DNA of 64,000 nucleotides, taken from Dimorphilus gyrociliatus. Its lineage: Eukaryota; Animalia; Annelida. The stretch covers positions 1,736,968 through 1,800,967 of the forward strand of contig CAJFCJ010000009.1 in the NCBI GenBank assembly GCA_904063045.1, written 5' to 3'. The stretch's first letter is position 1. Each line of letters opens with the position of its first letter. Both the position numbers and the translations under genes were made by a program. Below the pieces are notes generated by a model, which saw nothing but the letters and a program-made list of their open reading frames with translations, did not search any database and had not been told where the DNA came from. Shown here piece by piece: positions 36,878-49,100 of this stretch.

Positions 36878-39800
36878 CTAAGCAAAAAGTAATTTTGGAG
36901 AGTTTATCTTTTTCGATTGAATATTCATTAATTCAGTTCTAAAAGTTCTGTTTTCTAGTTTATTTATACGATCTTCACTTATTTGATTATTATTCTGTAA
37001 TTTATTCATCTCTTCCTCGTATAATTTCAATTTCTCCTTTAGTTTCATTATATCTTCTTGCTGCTTAAGTATTTGTTTACTTTTATCTTTAACAGTCTCT
37101 CTGGATTGTTCAAGATCTATGGCTAATTTTTGAGCTGACTTGAAAAAGGTTACTCTTTCTCTTTCGTAAACGTTTAGCCGTTTTGTCATATCTTCGACTA
37201 GCTTCTCATTTTCTTGATTTCCCATTTGTCCTATACCATATTCAAATTTAAGCCTAAGGGCAGTATTTTCACTGTGGATCTCAGCCAATTGAATTTCTAG
37301 TGTTTGCATATGACATTCTTGCGTTTGTAAACTACTTTCTAGTGATTTTAGTTTGTTATTCATTAAATAATTCTTCTCTTTCTCCTCTTGCAATTTCCGA
37401 TCATAGTCTGTTGAATGATTTTTATCATCTTTTCTCTCTGAATTCTTTCTCATTAGTATTTCTCTCTGACAATTGAACGCTTCTAATCTTTCTTCGTTTA
37501 TAATTCTACGAGTTATTTCTTGATGTAGACGACGTTTCAAAGCGTCAATTGTCTTTTCATAGTTTTCATTAGATAATCTAACATTTTCCATACTGTCGCG
37601 TAGGCTAATAAGAGACGCTTCAGCAGTATTTAAATCTGCCGATAGATTGTTAATTTCAGATTTATAATCTCTAATATCTTGTTCAGTATCAACTTTTATT
37701 TGTTGCAATTCAGCTCTAACGGTGAAAACCTCTTTAGTATATTCCTCTTTAATAATTTTCATACCTTCTTTAAGATGATTTATACTTAATTTCAGCTTAT
37801 TATTCTCCTCTATCGTTTGTTTATGATAATCTTTTTCTTTATCCATCTCTTGTTTGATTGTCTTTAGAAGAACTTTAAGTTGGTTGAGCTCTGCTTCGGA
37901 CGCCATTAATTGGTTTTCTAATTCTTTTCTTCCCTTTGATTCACTGTTAAATTGATCGAGTGTTTGGAAACATGATATTATTTGCAGTTCTTTATCCCGT
38001 AGCTCCTCTCTAAGATTAGTATTGTCGTTTCTTAAACTTTCTATTGTTCCGCCATTAGCCTCTTTCTCTTTAGTAATAAACTTGACATCGCTAATAAAAT
38101 TCTCTTTCATTTTCTCTATCCCGTCTTTAAATCTCTTTCTCTCGGCGGATAAAAGTTTTTCCCGGTCTTCTAGCTTTTGACAAAGAATCCGAACTTCATT
38201 GCGAGCTTCTTGTAGTTCGTTTAGCCCTCTTTCCTGTAAAATTCTTTCTTCTCTAAGTCTTTGCTCCAAAGTTGAAACTTCCATTTCGAGGTGATGTATT
38301 CTTTCAGCGTGTTGAATTTGCTGTTTCTCTTCAAGAATTAATTGTTCTCTAACAGACATATGCAAGTGTTTCTCGTTATTTAGAGTACTCTTAAGTAATT
38401 CACAATCGTTTTGTAATTGATTATTTATCTCATTCAAACATCTAACTTCACATTTGGCTTCGGAACATCTTTGTCTTTCCTGCCTCAAGTGGTTTTGCTC
38501 ATCGTCAAATCGATCTTTAAGCATTTGAATATCCTGCTTTAACAGTCTATTCTCGTCTGAGATCTGTTCAGCTGCTCGGCTAGCCAACTCTTGCTGTTCT
38601 TTATATGCTAATCGTTGAGTCTCTAAGTGTCTAATATCACTTTGTAGAGCAATATTATGATCTTGTGAACTTTGAAAGTCCCTTTCTAAACGATTTATTT
38701 GAGTTCTACAATCTCCAAGACGCCTTCCCGCTTCTACTACTTCGTCTTTTATCCTATAAAGCTCTTCGGATAGCCTTTCAACTTCTCTTTCAAGAGCATA
38801 TCTGTATTTTTAGAAGTAACATTTTTATTTAACATTATCTATAGCAGCCAAAAAGCATTTACTTGTCACATTTTATCTTTTCATTCTCGCTGTCTTTTTC
38901 TTCAAGTTTATTCCGAAGAGTGGCGTTCTCTTTTGCTTTATTATCATACTCATTCATCATTCGCTCAATCTCCTCTCTACCAGTTAGACTTTCGTTCGTA
39001 ATAATTTCAAGCTTTCTGCCTAGATCATCATTTTCGATTGAAAGGCTCTTGAGTTGCTTATCTTTTTGTTTTAATTCATGAGTTTTACCTTCAACTAACG
39101 ATTTGTGGCATGCAATTTCTGCTGTAAGCACCTTATTGTCTTCCTTAAAGAGAGCTACCGCATCTTCGTAATCTCTTTGCATATTCTTCATACGATTTTC
39201 AAGTTCAATTAATTGTCTTTTAGCATCTTGTTCACATCTATGAAGTTGATTATCGTAGTTTTGTAACTGCTTTTTAGTACGATCCATGTCCATTTTGGAG
39301 TTGTTAAATATAGTTTCAAGATTTCTGTTCTGATCTGTTATCTCTGTAAGAAGAGATTGTTTTATCATTAATTCTCTGGCAAATTCGTCTAACTTTCGCA
39401 TAAGCTCAGTGTTTTCTTTAACAACCGTTTCAGTTGCAGTTCTCTGAGATTCGTAGTCGTGACGTAAATTCTCATTGTCTACTTCCATCGATTTTAATTG
39501 TACTTCGGCATCAACTAAAGAAGTTAGTGTATTCAATTGGCCATTTTCTATAAGTTTAACAAGTCCTTGGCGTATTTCCATATTTTTTTCGTGTAGAATT
39601 TTTTCGAGCTTACCAACCTTTTGCCTTTCTCTTTCGTAATCCGCGGCTACAATTCGTAATTTACCTTTTACATCGCCTATTTCTCTTTCAGCTATAGCCA
39701 AACGATTTGCAACATCACTAGTAATTTTATCATTAGATCTCGAATAATTGTTATTACTCTTATTTAGAAATTCAGTATAGACAGATTTTTTATCACTGTG

Positions 39801-39923
39801 AAAGATAGGCCTACTAAGTACAAACATTTCAGGATCATAGTTTCTAGTCGTGACAATATCAAAGCTATCTAGGTCAGTACATTTTTCTTTGCTTATCGAT
39901 ATTTCTACTAAATCTGTGATCAT
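36878..39923 (-). CDS. Long coiled-coil protein (~994 aa, 2 exons), family not recognised
   Basis: Exon 39923..38863 joins 38801..36878 in frame through a 61-nt GT-AG intron; E/K/L/Q/R-rich heptad composition throughout; the true start may lie upstream. Confidence 0.8.
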
Positions 39924-41285
39924 ATATATTGGATTTACGTCATTTCTGTCTAACTTGCCAAATATTTTTACCCATCTCTTATCCTTAACAATAATTGAAA
40001 TTGTGGATTAGTAATCGCCATGTGTTGAATAAATATACATATATGAATATAATATGGAGTATATTAATCAATGTAGGATGGAGTGCTATGTTACAGGTAC
40101 ATTTTATACATCCCGTTAGTAACTACGTAAATATATATGTATATGTATTTATTTATCTATAAGTACACTAATTTAACGACAAGCTTAAAAGGTCTCCATG
40201 CCCTACACATCACATTCTACTACAAATAGAACATAGTGCCTATTTACTTATTTAATACATACAATAACAAACCCTCCCTCAATCAGATAATGAATTTGGC
40301 AATTTCCACTTTTTTTTTCAACTATCATTTTTCTAGTTTTTAAGCTACTTTCTCTGTTCTTTTTTTTTGTTCTTTTTTTGGAAGGTTTTCTCTTATAAAA
40401 AGTGTTTTTTTTTAAAGTTTTTTTTATCTATATTTTAATATTTTGAAATATTTAAATTTATCTAATTCGTGTTAAAAATAATAAAAAAAAATGATATAAA
40501 AAAAAAATCCAAGCCCTAAAAAAATTATTATTTCAGTGAAAGAAGACGAAATTGATTCGTCTGTATGATGCTTACAATATTTTCAATACTCTTTTTTATT
40601 CATGTCGTATTACATTAAAAGGTATAAAAATATGTATATAAGCAGAGGGCGTTCCAAAACACCAAGATATATTCAAAATAGAGCTGAAACAAATACTATA
40701 TTTCCTTAACAACAGTTCACTTGGTACTGCATAAACAGTTCAATAGTAGGGGTATTGCTAGTTTATGTGTTGATCAATGTGATAATGATTGAATATTCTC
40801 TGTTAGCTATATTTTTTGAAGATAAATTAACAAATTAGCTCTTGTTTATTATGTTTGACATATTCGCTAGAATCAAGCTGATTTGTTCACCTAGTAACAA
40901 TCTATGATCGAATGCCGTGCATTTAAAGTGTATTCTATACGAAATTACTGAGCTCTTGTTGTGATCAGCCATAAACTACATACTCGAATATCAAACATTG
41001 GACAAAGACAAGGATTGACAAGGTAGGCTATGCATAAATTAATATCTAGAGTTTATGACTAATATTAGAATGTTAGCATAGTTATTTGACTGAAAAATTC
41101 AGATATAGTAGTAGTGAGCCTGATAACGCGTTATCTCCAACAGTATCATTCAATTTGAGTGAAATTTGCCAGCTTCGATTAAACCTAAAAAGACTATAGG
41201 TAAAAATCTTTTTACTAATATATTCAACATCCACGTTTATATGTTCAGCTGCTTTTGTGTATTGAACAATACATATATATATATA

Positions 41286-42380
41286 CAGTTCCAACAAAAA
41301 ATCTTGGGCAGGGTTGTCTAGCAATGCGAGAGAAAATTGTGGAACTGGACAAAAGAGGGTTAAGCCAAGTAAAGATCTCCAGAGAGCCAAAAAAATTACT
41401 CTCAGAACTATTCAGTACTATCTAAAAAAGAAAGCAGAACATTTTACAATGTAAAATGACCCAGGTCTGCCAGCCCCAAAAAGATTTCAGAAGCAGACAA
41501 GAGAAATCTTATTATGATTCAAAAAAAGAATCCCTTTTATACAGCTAGATAAGCTTATAGCCAATGGGCCATAGCAGATAAGGTGAGTTTATCTTTTGCT
41601 AAGAAGATATTATTCAATAATGGATTAAAAAGCTACATGGCAAAAGTAAAACCTTTAACAAAATTGGAGAATCGAAAAAAGAGAATTCTTTTTGATAAAA
41701 AAAACCCTTAAAACAAGGAGGATGAGCTTGAGAGTTATATTTTTTCTGACAAAACAACATTTGACCTGTTTCCTAAACAGAGAATCAGAGTCAGATGTAA
41801 ACGGGAGGATAAGGACAAGCCAAGAAACACCAGGAGCAGTTTTAAGACATTTTCAAATATGATGGTTCCAGAACTCTGGCATATTACTCTGAATCAATAG
41901 ACTCAGAGAAACATATCTCAACTTTAAAAGAGCATCTACTTCCTATCTATAAGACGGAGAACATCTTTCAACAGGATGGAGTACAATGCCACATCTCAAA
42001 AGTATCTAAATCTTTTTCAGGACGAAACAAGACTGGCCAGCAGAGAGTCTAGACTTGAATATAATAGAAAAGTGGTCAAACGGAGATCTTTACTTGGCTT
42101 AACCCTCTTCTGTCCATAGAAGAGGAATATTTTTTGATTTCTGAAGACGATATAACATTTATATATATATAACTCCAAAAAAAGAAATGCCGCCTTGTCA
42201 CCCAAAAAATAAAAAGGTGTGTGATAAATTATGGAGTCATGTTGGAATTTTATTCATTTGTATAAATGTCTCATCCTTCATTCTAAACAAAAAGATAATA
42301 ATTAAACAAGTCTTTTTAGGTAAATATTTCACTTTTTCCACTTTAAGGATAATCCTGCCCAAGATTTTTTATTGGGACAT
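41286..42380 (+). mobile_element. Decayed Tc1/mariner DNA transposon
   Basis: Left TIR CAGTTCCAACAAAAAATCTTGGGCAG (41286..41311) follows TA; right TIR ctgcccaagattttttattgggacat (42355..42380) matches 22/26; both ends sit in TA tracts; a transposase remnant lies between them. Confidence 0.85.
41327..42215 (+). pseudogene. Tc1 transposase pseudogene with stops and frameshifts
   Basis: REKIVELDKRGLSQVKIS (HTH), FSDK (~41743, for FSDE), FQQDG (~41966), DWPAESLDLNIIEK (~42031, for WPxxSPDLNPIE), IEEEY...KCRLVTQK C-terminus. Confidence 0.82.
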
Positions 42381-42757
42381 ATATATACACGTGTACATGT
42401 TAATATTAAATCAGTATCATAAATAAATTGCATGTAATTCATTTAACGATAATGCAAAAAAAAACAGAAAATCAACTAAAAATGACTAAAAAGTTAAAGT
42501 TTTGTTTATTAACTTCCTTTATTTTTATTAAAAGAATTCAATTAAACAATTTTGTTTAATTATTTTATTAACTACAACGACTAATCATGAAAATATGATT
42601 AAAATTTGTTCCGACATCAATACTAGCAGACAATGGAAGTAATATTAAAGAAACTCTCTTTTGTTCTATTGTCTGCGCGATTCCTAATATAAATATATCC
42701 ACGTTATTAGTATACATGGTAGCTAGTTGTATACTCTTCTCTTTTTCAGCCAAGGAT

Positions 42758-44416
42758 ATGGTAAATAGGCCAGCTTCGGTGTTAACAGTATTTTGTTTTC
42801 TCCTCTGTCTCTTGTACGTCTTTTATTGGAAAATTGGAGAGCCGAATAACGATAGTATTGAATCTATAATCGATTTATCATACAAGAACCCTCATAAATT
42901 CCGAAACCCTTCTCCAAAACTTGCCGAAGGTAGGCAGGCACCTGATGAAAGTGATTATGAGGATATAAAAAATCAGTTAATAGATCTTTTTGACGATGAT
43001 CTATTCAATTTTTCTGCTCCATTACGTTCTTTAAAACGTAAACGAACTATCAGTCGCCAAGTAGTCGCGTTAGAAAATTTTCTAGAGGCTTATCACCATA
43101 ATATTACATCAACAAGAGAAAAATTACTTAAATGGATGGAGGATCCAAAATTTCGAGATTTAGAACCAATTGATAACGTTGCTGACGCATATAAAGACGA
43201 TTTTTTTGATAGAGTCATGAAATTAGACTCTGTGAGTACTATTGTTCTTTGGGGTGAAAGCTTGGAAGAAATGAAAAAGATAGTGCCGGATCAACATTTT
43301 CCTTACACGTCGTCCGACTGTAGAGGTTTGGAAAATCATGCTATATATGGTAACAGCGATGGTAAACGATTCTATAATGTAAGTTGTTCTGATAAATTAG
43401 CTGATCTGTGGAAACCAGCGCACCTGGATATAGTACGATTTGGAATGGGTTTACCATTAAATGGAATGGATACTTTAAGAAAAATATGGAATAAACCTAA
43501 AGCAATACCTGCAACTTATATATTGATAGTAAAAGATGGTGTTTCAAATAGTGAAGGTGACGTTTGGGTCGAATCAACAAAAATTGTTATTCAACGCTGC
43601 TATCAAGATCTGCGTCCAATATTTCCCAGGCACCTCAATATCACAGTAAATTATAAGGAGATATTTGTAATGACCCAATATTTTGGAGGTTCTTTCTTTC
43701 ATTTTAACGTGGAGGGTTTACCCAGACTTACACCTCATCTTAAATGGTTAGAACAGAATCCTCATATACCTATTTTAATCTCCAAACCAAAATATAAAAA
43801 TGCTTTTGATGGATTTATAAAAGTTATTGGACTCCCTCGTGAAAGATTTGTGTTCGATAAAATTGTTAGAGCTAAGGTTTTATATATGCCTGCTGGCGGA
43901 ATTTGTGGAAGATCCGCTGTTTTCGGGTCTGTAGCAACTTCTATTTATTTGAGATCCCGCTTAAATGCTCCAGAAATAGGGAAACAACCAGATTCTGTTG
44001 TTATTATTAAGAGATCATCTCGTGGTCGTCTTTGGATGAATCATGATGAAATTTATAATCAAGTGAAAGCCGAAGCGGATAAAAGAAGCTTCAAAACAGT
44101 TATTTTTGGTGATAAACCTTCGCCAACTTTCGAAGAAGGTATGAAAATGTTCGCTCGGGCAGTGATGATTATTGGTCCACATGGAGCAGGATTGTCAAAT
44201 ATTCTCTGGTCAAGTCCTGGAACTGTAATAATAGAAGGCATGTGTGATATAGTGCCTCGAAAAGTTAATCTGTGTTATAGAAATTTAGCTCAACTACTCG
44301 GTATGAGGTGGTATGGCATTTATCCAGGGTGTGTGCACACTAGAGCATTTCAGGTAATTCCAGTTGTGTCATACAATTTAGATCAATATCTTAAATCAAT
44401 CCGAAAAGGAATATAA
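42758..44416 (+). CDS. Type II membrane glycosyltransferase family 61 (DUF563) protein, coding region intronless
   Basis: MVNRPASVLTVFCFLLCLLYVFYW anchor; FFHFNVEGLPRL; IIKRSSRGR; MIIGPHGAGLSNILWSSPGTVIIE (GT61 HGAGL motif). A splice acceptor at 42749 suggests a 5'UTR intron. Confidence 0.88.
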   Translation: MVNRPASVLTVFCFLLCLLYVFYWKIGEPNNDSIESIIDLSYKNPHKFRNPSPKLAEGRQAPDESDYEDIKNQLIDLFDDDLFNFSAPLRSLKRKRTISRQVVALENFLEAYHHNITSTREKLLKWMEDPKFRDLEPIDNVADAYKDDFFDRVMKLDSVSTIVLWGESLEEMKKIVPDQHFPYTSSDCRGLENHAIYGNSDGKRFYNVSCSDKLADLWKPAHLDIVRFGMGLPLNGMDTLRKIWNKPKAIPATYILIVKDGVSNSEGDVWVESTKIVIQRCYQDLRPIFPRHLNITVNYKEIFVMTQYFGGSFFHFNVEGLPRLTPHLKWLEQNPHIPILISKPKYKNAFDGFIKVIGLPRERFVFDKIVRAKVLYMPAGGICGRSAVFGSVATSIYLRSRLNAPEIGKQPDSVVIIKRSSRGRLWMNHDEIYNQVKAEADKRSFKTVIFGDKPSPTFEEGMKMFARAVMIIGPHGAGLSNILWSSPGTVIIEGMCDIVPRKVNLCYRNLAQLLGMRWYGIYPGCVHTRAFQVIPVVSYNLDQYLKSIRKGI

Positions 44417-44624
44417 CTTTTGAGTTATTATTGTTCTGCTGTTGAAAAAAACTACTAAAAGTTTATATGCAAGAAACGGACATTTTTTTCCGTATTTTGC
44501 ACTCTAATACGTACTAATACTTTCAGAGTTACACATATATTTCAAATTTTCGAAATGTAATAATGATAATGTATTTCGTAAGGTGTATACTAAATACTGA
44601 ATAAAAATAATTCTTTTACCAGAC

Positions 44625-45407
44625 TTAACCATCAGTATTCTTAGAACTTTTTGAAACGATGATTACATCTTCTACAAAGCAAAACAAATAAAGAAAAGCT
44701 TTAAGGTTACCTGAATATTTATCTATCTTACCTGCAACTATACTGGTTATATTTAACGATTTATTCTGATCGTCAGTAGTCTGATAATAAGTCAATGTAC
44801 CAGTTACGTAGCATTTGTCCCTGTGATTGAGTAGCTTTGCATTTAGATTTGAAAGTAGAAAATAAGTTTAGTTCATTTACCCTTTTTCAAGTGTTCTACT
44901 TAAAATATCTCTTAAAGCTGGCCTAAAAACAGCTATTCGGTGCCACTGCGTATGTTGACTGTATTCACCGCTGTCGCTGTCTTTGAAGCTCTGTGATGTT
45001 GCCAATGAGAATAGTGATACTGGTTTTTCAGTCGTACCACGGGTTTCAATGTTTCCACCAACTCTTCCTAATAGAATTACTTTATTGACACCTAACAAAT
45101 AAATTTTCCAGTATACTCTCTATATTACCCTATAACTCTATTTCTAATTATACCTCTTTCACCAGTTAGAACAGGATAGACTTTTCTAGTTTGTGATGTT
45201 GCTTCGGATGAACACAATCTAGCGAGTGGTCTACGCTAAAAACACGGATAATCATTTAGAACAAAAACTGTTATTTTACGAATGATTTAGAAGCGGGGAA
45301 GACAACTTTTAAATAACTTTAAGCGCCTAAATTTCAAGAATGCGTAAAATATTTATACTTATAAGCGCACTTACGGATAAAGTGAATAATTGCCTCAGAT
45401 TAAACAT
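44625..45407 (-). CDS. SSBP1: Mitochondrial single-stranded DNA-binding protein
   Basis: Presequence MFNLRQLFTLS|RRPLARLCSS; GVNKVILLGRVG, FSLATS, TQWHRIAVFRP, CYVTGTLTY; five exons splice in frame. Confidence 0.9.
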
Positions 45408-45858
45408 TTTTCTTTCAAGTGAACACGCGCCTAGTATGGGTGAAGGTCATTTATTTCAACATCCGGTTAGTAACTGAGACCGGTTCTTTTTTCGATTAGA
45501 CGTAACCGGGAAATTTTAATTTCATTCAGAAAATAAACTCATAAAATTTTTTATATCTTATTTGTATTATAACTAAATTCTATAGTCAACTTTAAAGGTT
45601 AAAGGTTAAAAACAGAGACAAATTTTTTATGCTTTAAACGAAAACAAATAGACGAATAATGTTGTTATTGTTTTCTTTTTGAATTTACAATGTCAAATAA
45701 CTCTTACAGGGTTTTTCATCAGTTCAACCATAAAAACAGGTTGATTAAATGAAGAATCACAAATTAAGATCACCATCAATAAATATTGAAAACGACTAGC
45801 TGATTGATTAATGACATAAATAGTATAGTAAAATTTTCTATGCAGAGAGAGAGAGGAG

Positions 45859-45889
<31 letters not shown>

Positions 45890-46143
45890 CTACATGCACT
45901 TAAAGATGGATTACTATACATATAGTAATTACTCGTAAAACAAAAATATCATCTGAAATAAAAAGAATCTCCAATATTGCATAATAGTGAGACGTGAATC
46001 TTCTGAATAGTGTTCAAGTATACAAGCTATTTTTAAATACAAAATGAATTGCTCTTTTCATCACATTGACTTTAATAAATACATATTTTAATGGCACATT
46101 ATTTAGTTGAAATATATAACTGGCAAAACACGTTGTACCTCGT

Positions 46144-49100
46144 TTACTTATATGGAATGTCATTTTGCAGATATTGAATTCTATCATACCATAATGTGCG
46201 CCAGTTGTTATTGCAATTACGTAATTTAGTCAGAAATTCTGTTATCGCTTTGGAGTCAGTATAGTTTGGTAGAAATCTTTGACGTAGCTCTTTAACGCAC
46301 GTTGCAGGCATTCTAAAGCAAGGAAGCTTAGTATCTATCATTAGATGAATAAGGGTCACAAGTTCTTCTCGATATTGCCTATTATAAAATAAATAAAATA
46401 TATTTTTATTATTTTTTTTATTATACCAATTCATTTATAATTGCAAGAAATAATATTCAATAAATTTTTATTCACCTTACGGCAAGGAAACCGTGCACGC
46501 ATAACTCTTCAAAATAATTCAATGAAGCAGGGCCCATTAACTCAATCATCTCGTCACTTATTTTAGCATCAGGTTCAAAATTTATATTGCCTCCAGGAGA
46601 ACTTTGTATAAGGAAACCAAAATCTAAAAATAATAAATTTATATATAATATACGGTTTATCAGCAAATTATCCAATAAGCATATAAATCATAAAACGATT
46701 AAATTTATATTTACCTATGTGTACTATATAACCCTTTTTGAAATCTATCATAATATTGCCATTATGGCGATCCTTTATTTTTAAAATCATACTAAGAACA
46801 GTATAACCTGCCATTGATACAGTAAAATTGCGTCGAGCCATAAGATATTCTGGCGTATTATCGCCAAATGTTTCAATAAAATATTGTTTTAAGCTGCTTG
46901 CTGTTTTATTACCAATTTCCATTCGAGTAATACTGTTTGGAACGCATTCAATAACTCCACTTCCGGGAGACGTTGCTACAACCTTATAAGGGCTAACGTA
47001 TAATTCTATACCAACTTTTTTGAAAATTTTTTGAAATAATTCCATAATCTATTAAAAAAATGTGATTTTTTGTGTATAATAACAGATTTTCAAAATACTA
47101 TATTATTATTATTTATCGAACCTGAAGACAAAGCATATCTTGTCGAACGTCATCACCTACTTTAAAGATGGCACCTTGCATCTTTTCGGGACCTAGTCCG
47201 GCTGCAAGTTCTTTTGTTAGGTCACCGCGACTCATACCGATTTTTTCGAGATCTTTTACTTTACATTTTCGTACTACAAATCTCGCTAAATAAGGTGCTT
47301 TTGCAGCACTTTGCATAGGTGTTCCAGAGTTATAATCAATATTCGTCAACAATGCATCGGTATTTGATGGCAAATAACAACCTTTCCTTAATTCTACTTC
47401 CTTCAAGGCTTGTAGACATTTGGCTTTTCTTAGTGGTCCTTTAGGGTAGGGTCTGCAAGTAAAATGTGTTCATTGTTAAAATATAGATCAGTGTCTTATT
47501 TTATGCTTTTTTCGGCCTAGATTAGTTTAAAGTCACACCTAATTTTTTCAGAAACTTGAGTAATATCATCCATGAAAGAGAACTCTCTCTCATAAAATTC
47601 CTTGGCATCTCCACTTAATTGTTTTTTAATCTCATCTGTCACAAATTCTAGTTGAGGTCCAATAGACTCTGAACGAAATATTTACTAAATTATCAATACG
47701 AAAAAATTAATTTCTCTATTGAGTATTACCGTCGTAGATGAGGCTGGCTTCGTCCATATACGCGTTTGTTTTCATATTCCATATTAGCTGATGGGCTAAT
47801 AGCTGAGAATGGCTGGCTAGCCAAATAAGAAGTTCTGATACATAATATAACTGGAAAAACAATAATATGATTAAATTATTGCCTAAGCAAATAAAAAAAC
47901 TCAAAGAAATTGTAAATATAAATACGAACTTCAATATCATAACGAAGAGCTTGGACGAGCTGAGGTACGTAGAAAAGGAGGATATCTGGAGAATATTCTC
48001 GTAGTACTTGAGTTGCATATTGAACAGTTATTGGATGAACAGGGTATTGTCTTTTATTGAAATAAGATAAAGCCATTACAGGAGAACCAACCGACCATGT
48101 TAGCATATGACTTAATTCCGTAAGATCATTCTCTATAACGTGATCCGTTGCTAGATATTGAACAGCTTCTGGTATGTGAGAGCAAATTCCTGGATTAAGC
48201 CTTACTAATCTAGCCAATTCTGTTGTTAAAGATTCAATACCAGCGAATCTTTCAGGAAGGTATATAGCTAAATCTGGAGAGATACTATTAAAAGCAAAAC
48301 AGGCTATATCTTTCCAATATTTTTGTTTCGTATGTCCGCTTTGAGATACATATTGTTCTATCTTTAATAGCTTCTCCTTGTCCAGTTGTAACTCGGTTAG
48401 TTTAGATGGATTGCTCCAAACTGCCAACCGATCTATTTCTGTGCCTAATAGATGAAGTATTAAGTGTCCCTTTCTTTGGTAGACTTTAGCGTAAGCGTCA
48501 GGGTCTACTTTGCTTTTAGTACTTAATGTACCTCCAGATCGTTTTGATGAGCTAGTGCGACCGCTTGGTACTCTGTTAGTAGGGATTGACGAATGATTCG
48601 AGTCTAGATGAATCGAAATATCGTCATTATTTTTGTTGACACTTTCTCCAAGAGTATCTGGTGTATCACTTTTTAAATGTTTTCTTTCAGATCCTAAAAT
48701 ATTCCAGAATTTAATTAAGTCATTTTCGATTACGTCCTTTAGCTCTGTCCCTTTAAAGGTTGGATATGTTGGCATACTACTGAAATAATCAAACGCTGTT
48801 GAATAAATACGCTCTCGTAAAACGCATTTTGCTGTTGTTTTCGAAACTCCTTCACATTGTAGAAGAGTCAAACCAATATACAATAGCCTAAACCGAGGAC
48901 CAATTGCAGAAGCGTGACGATTCATGAGAGGTCGTTTAGTAATGTTGATGCTAAGACATTTGTGCAGCATGCCAACAAAAACTTCAATTCGATCTTGACT
49001 TGAGTATTTAGCCATTTCAACTTGTTCAACCAGAAACTGTTTGTAAAGATTAAAGTAAATATTTTTCTTGTCTAATTAATCAACAAAAGCAAACCTTTGT

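Noticed and set aside
11932-44416. Fringe plus GT61 as a Notch-glycosylation gene pair
   Set aside because: They are ~30 kb and eight genes apart, and the GT61 protein does not look like EOGT.
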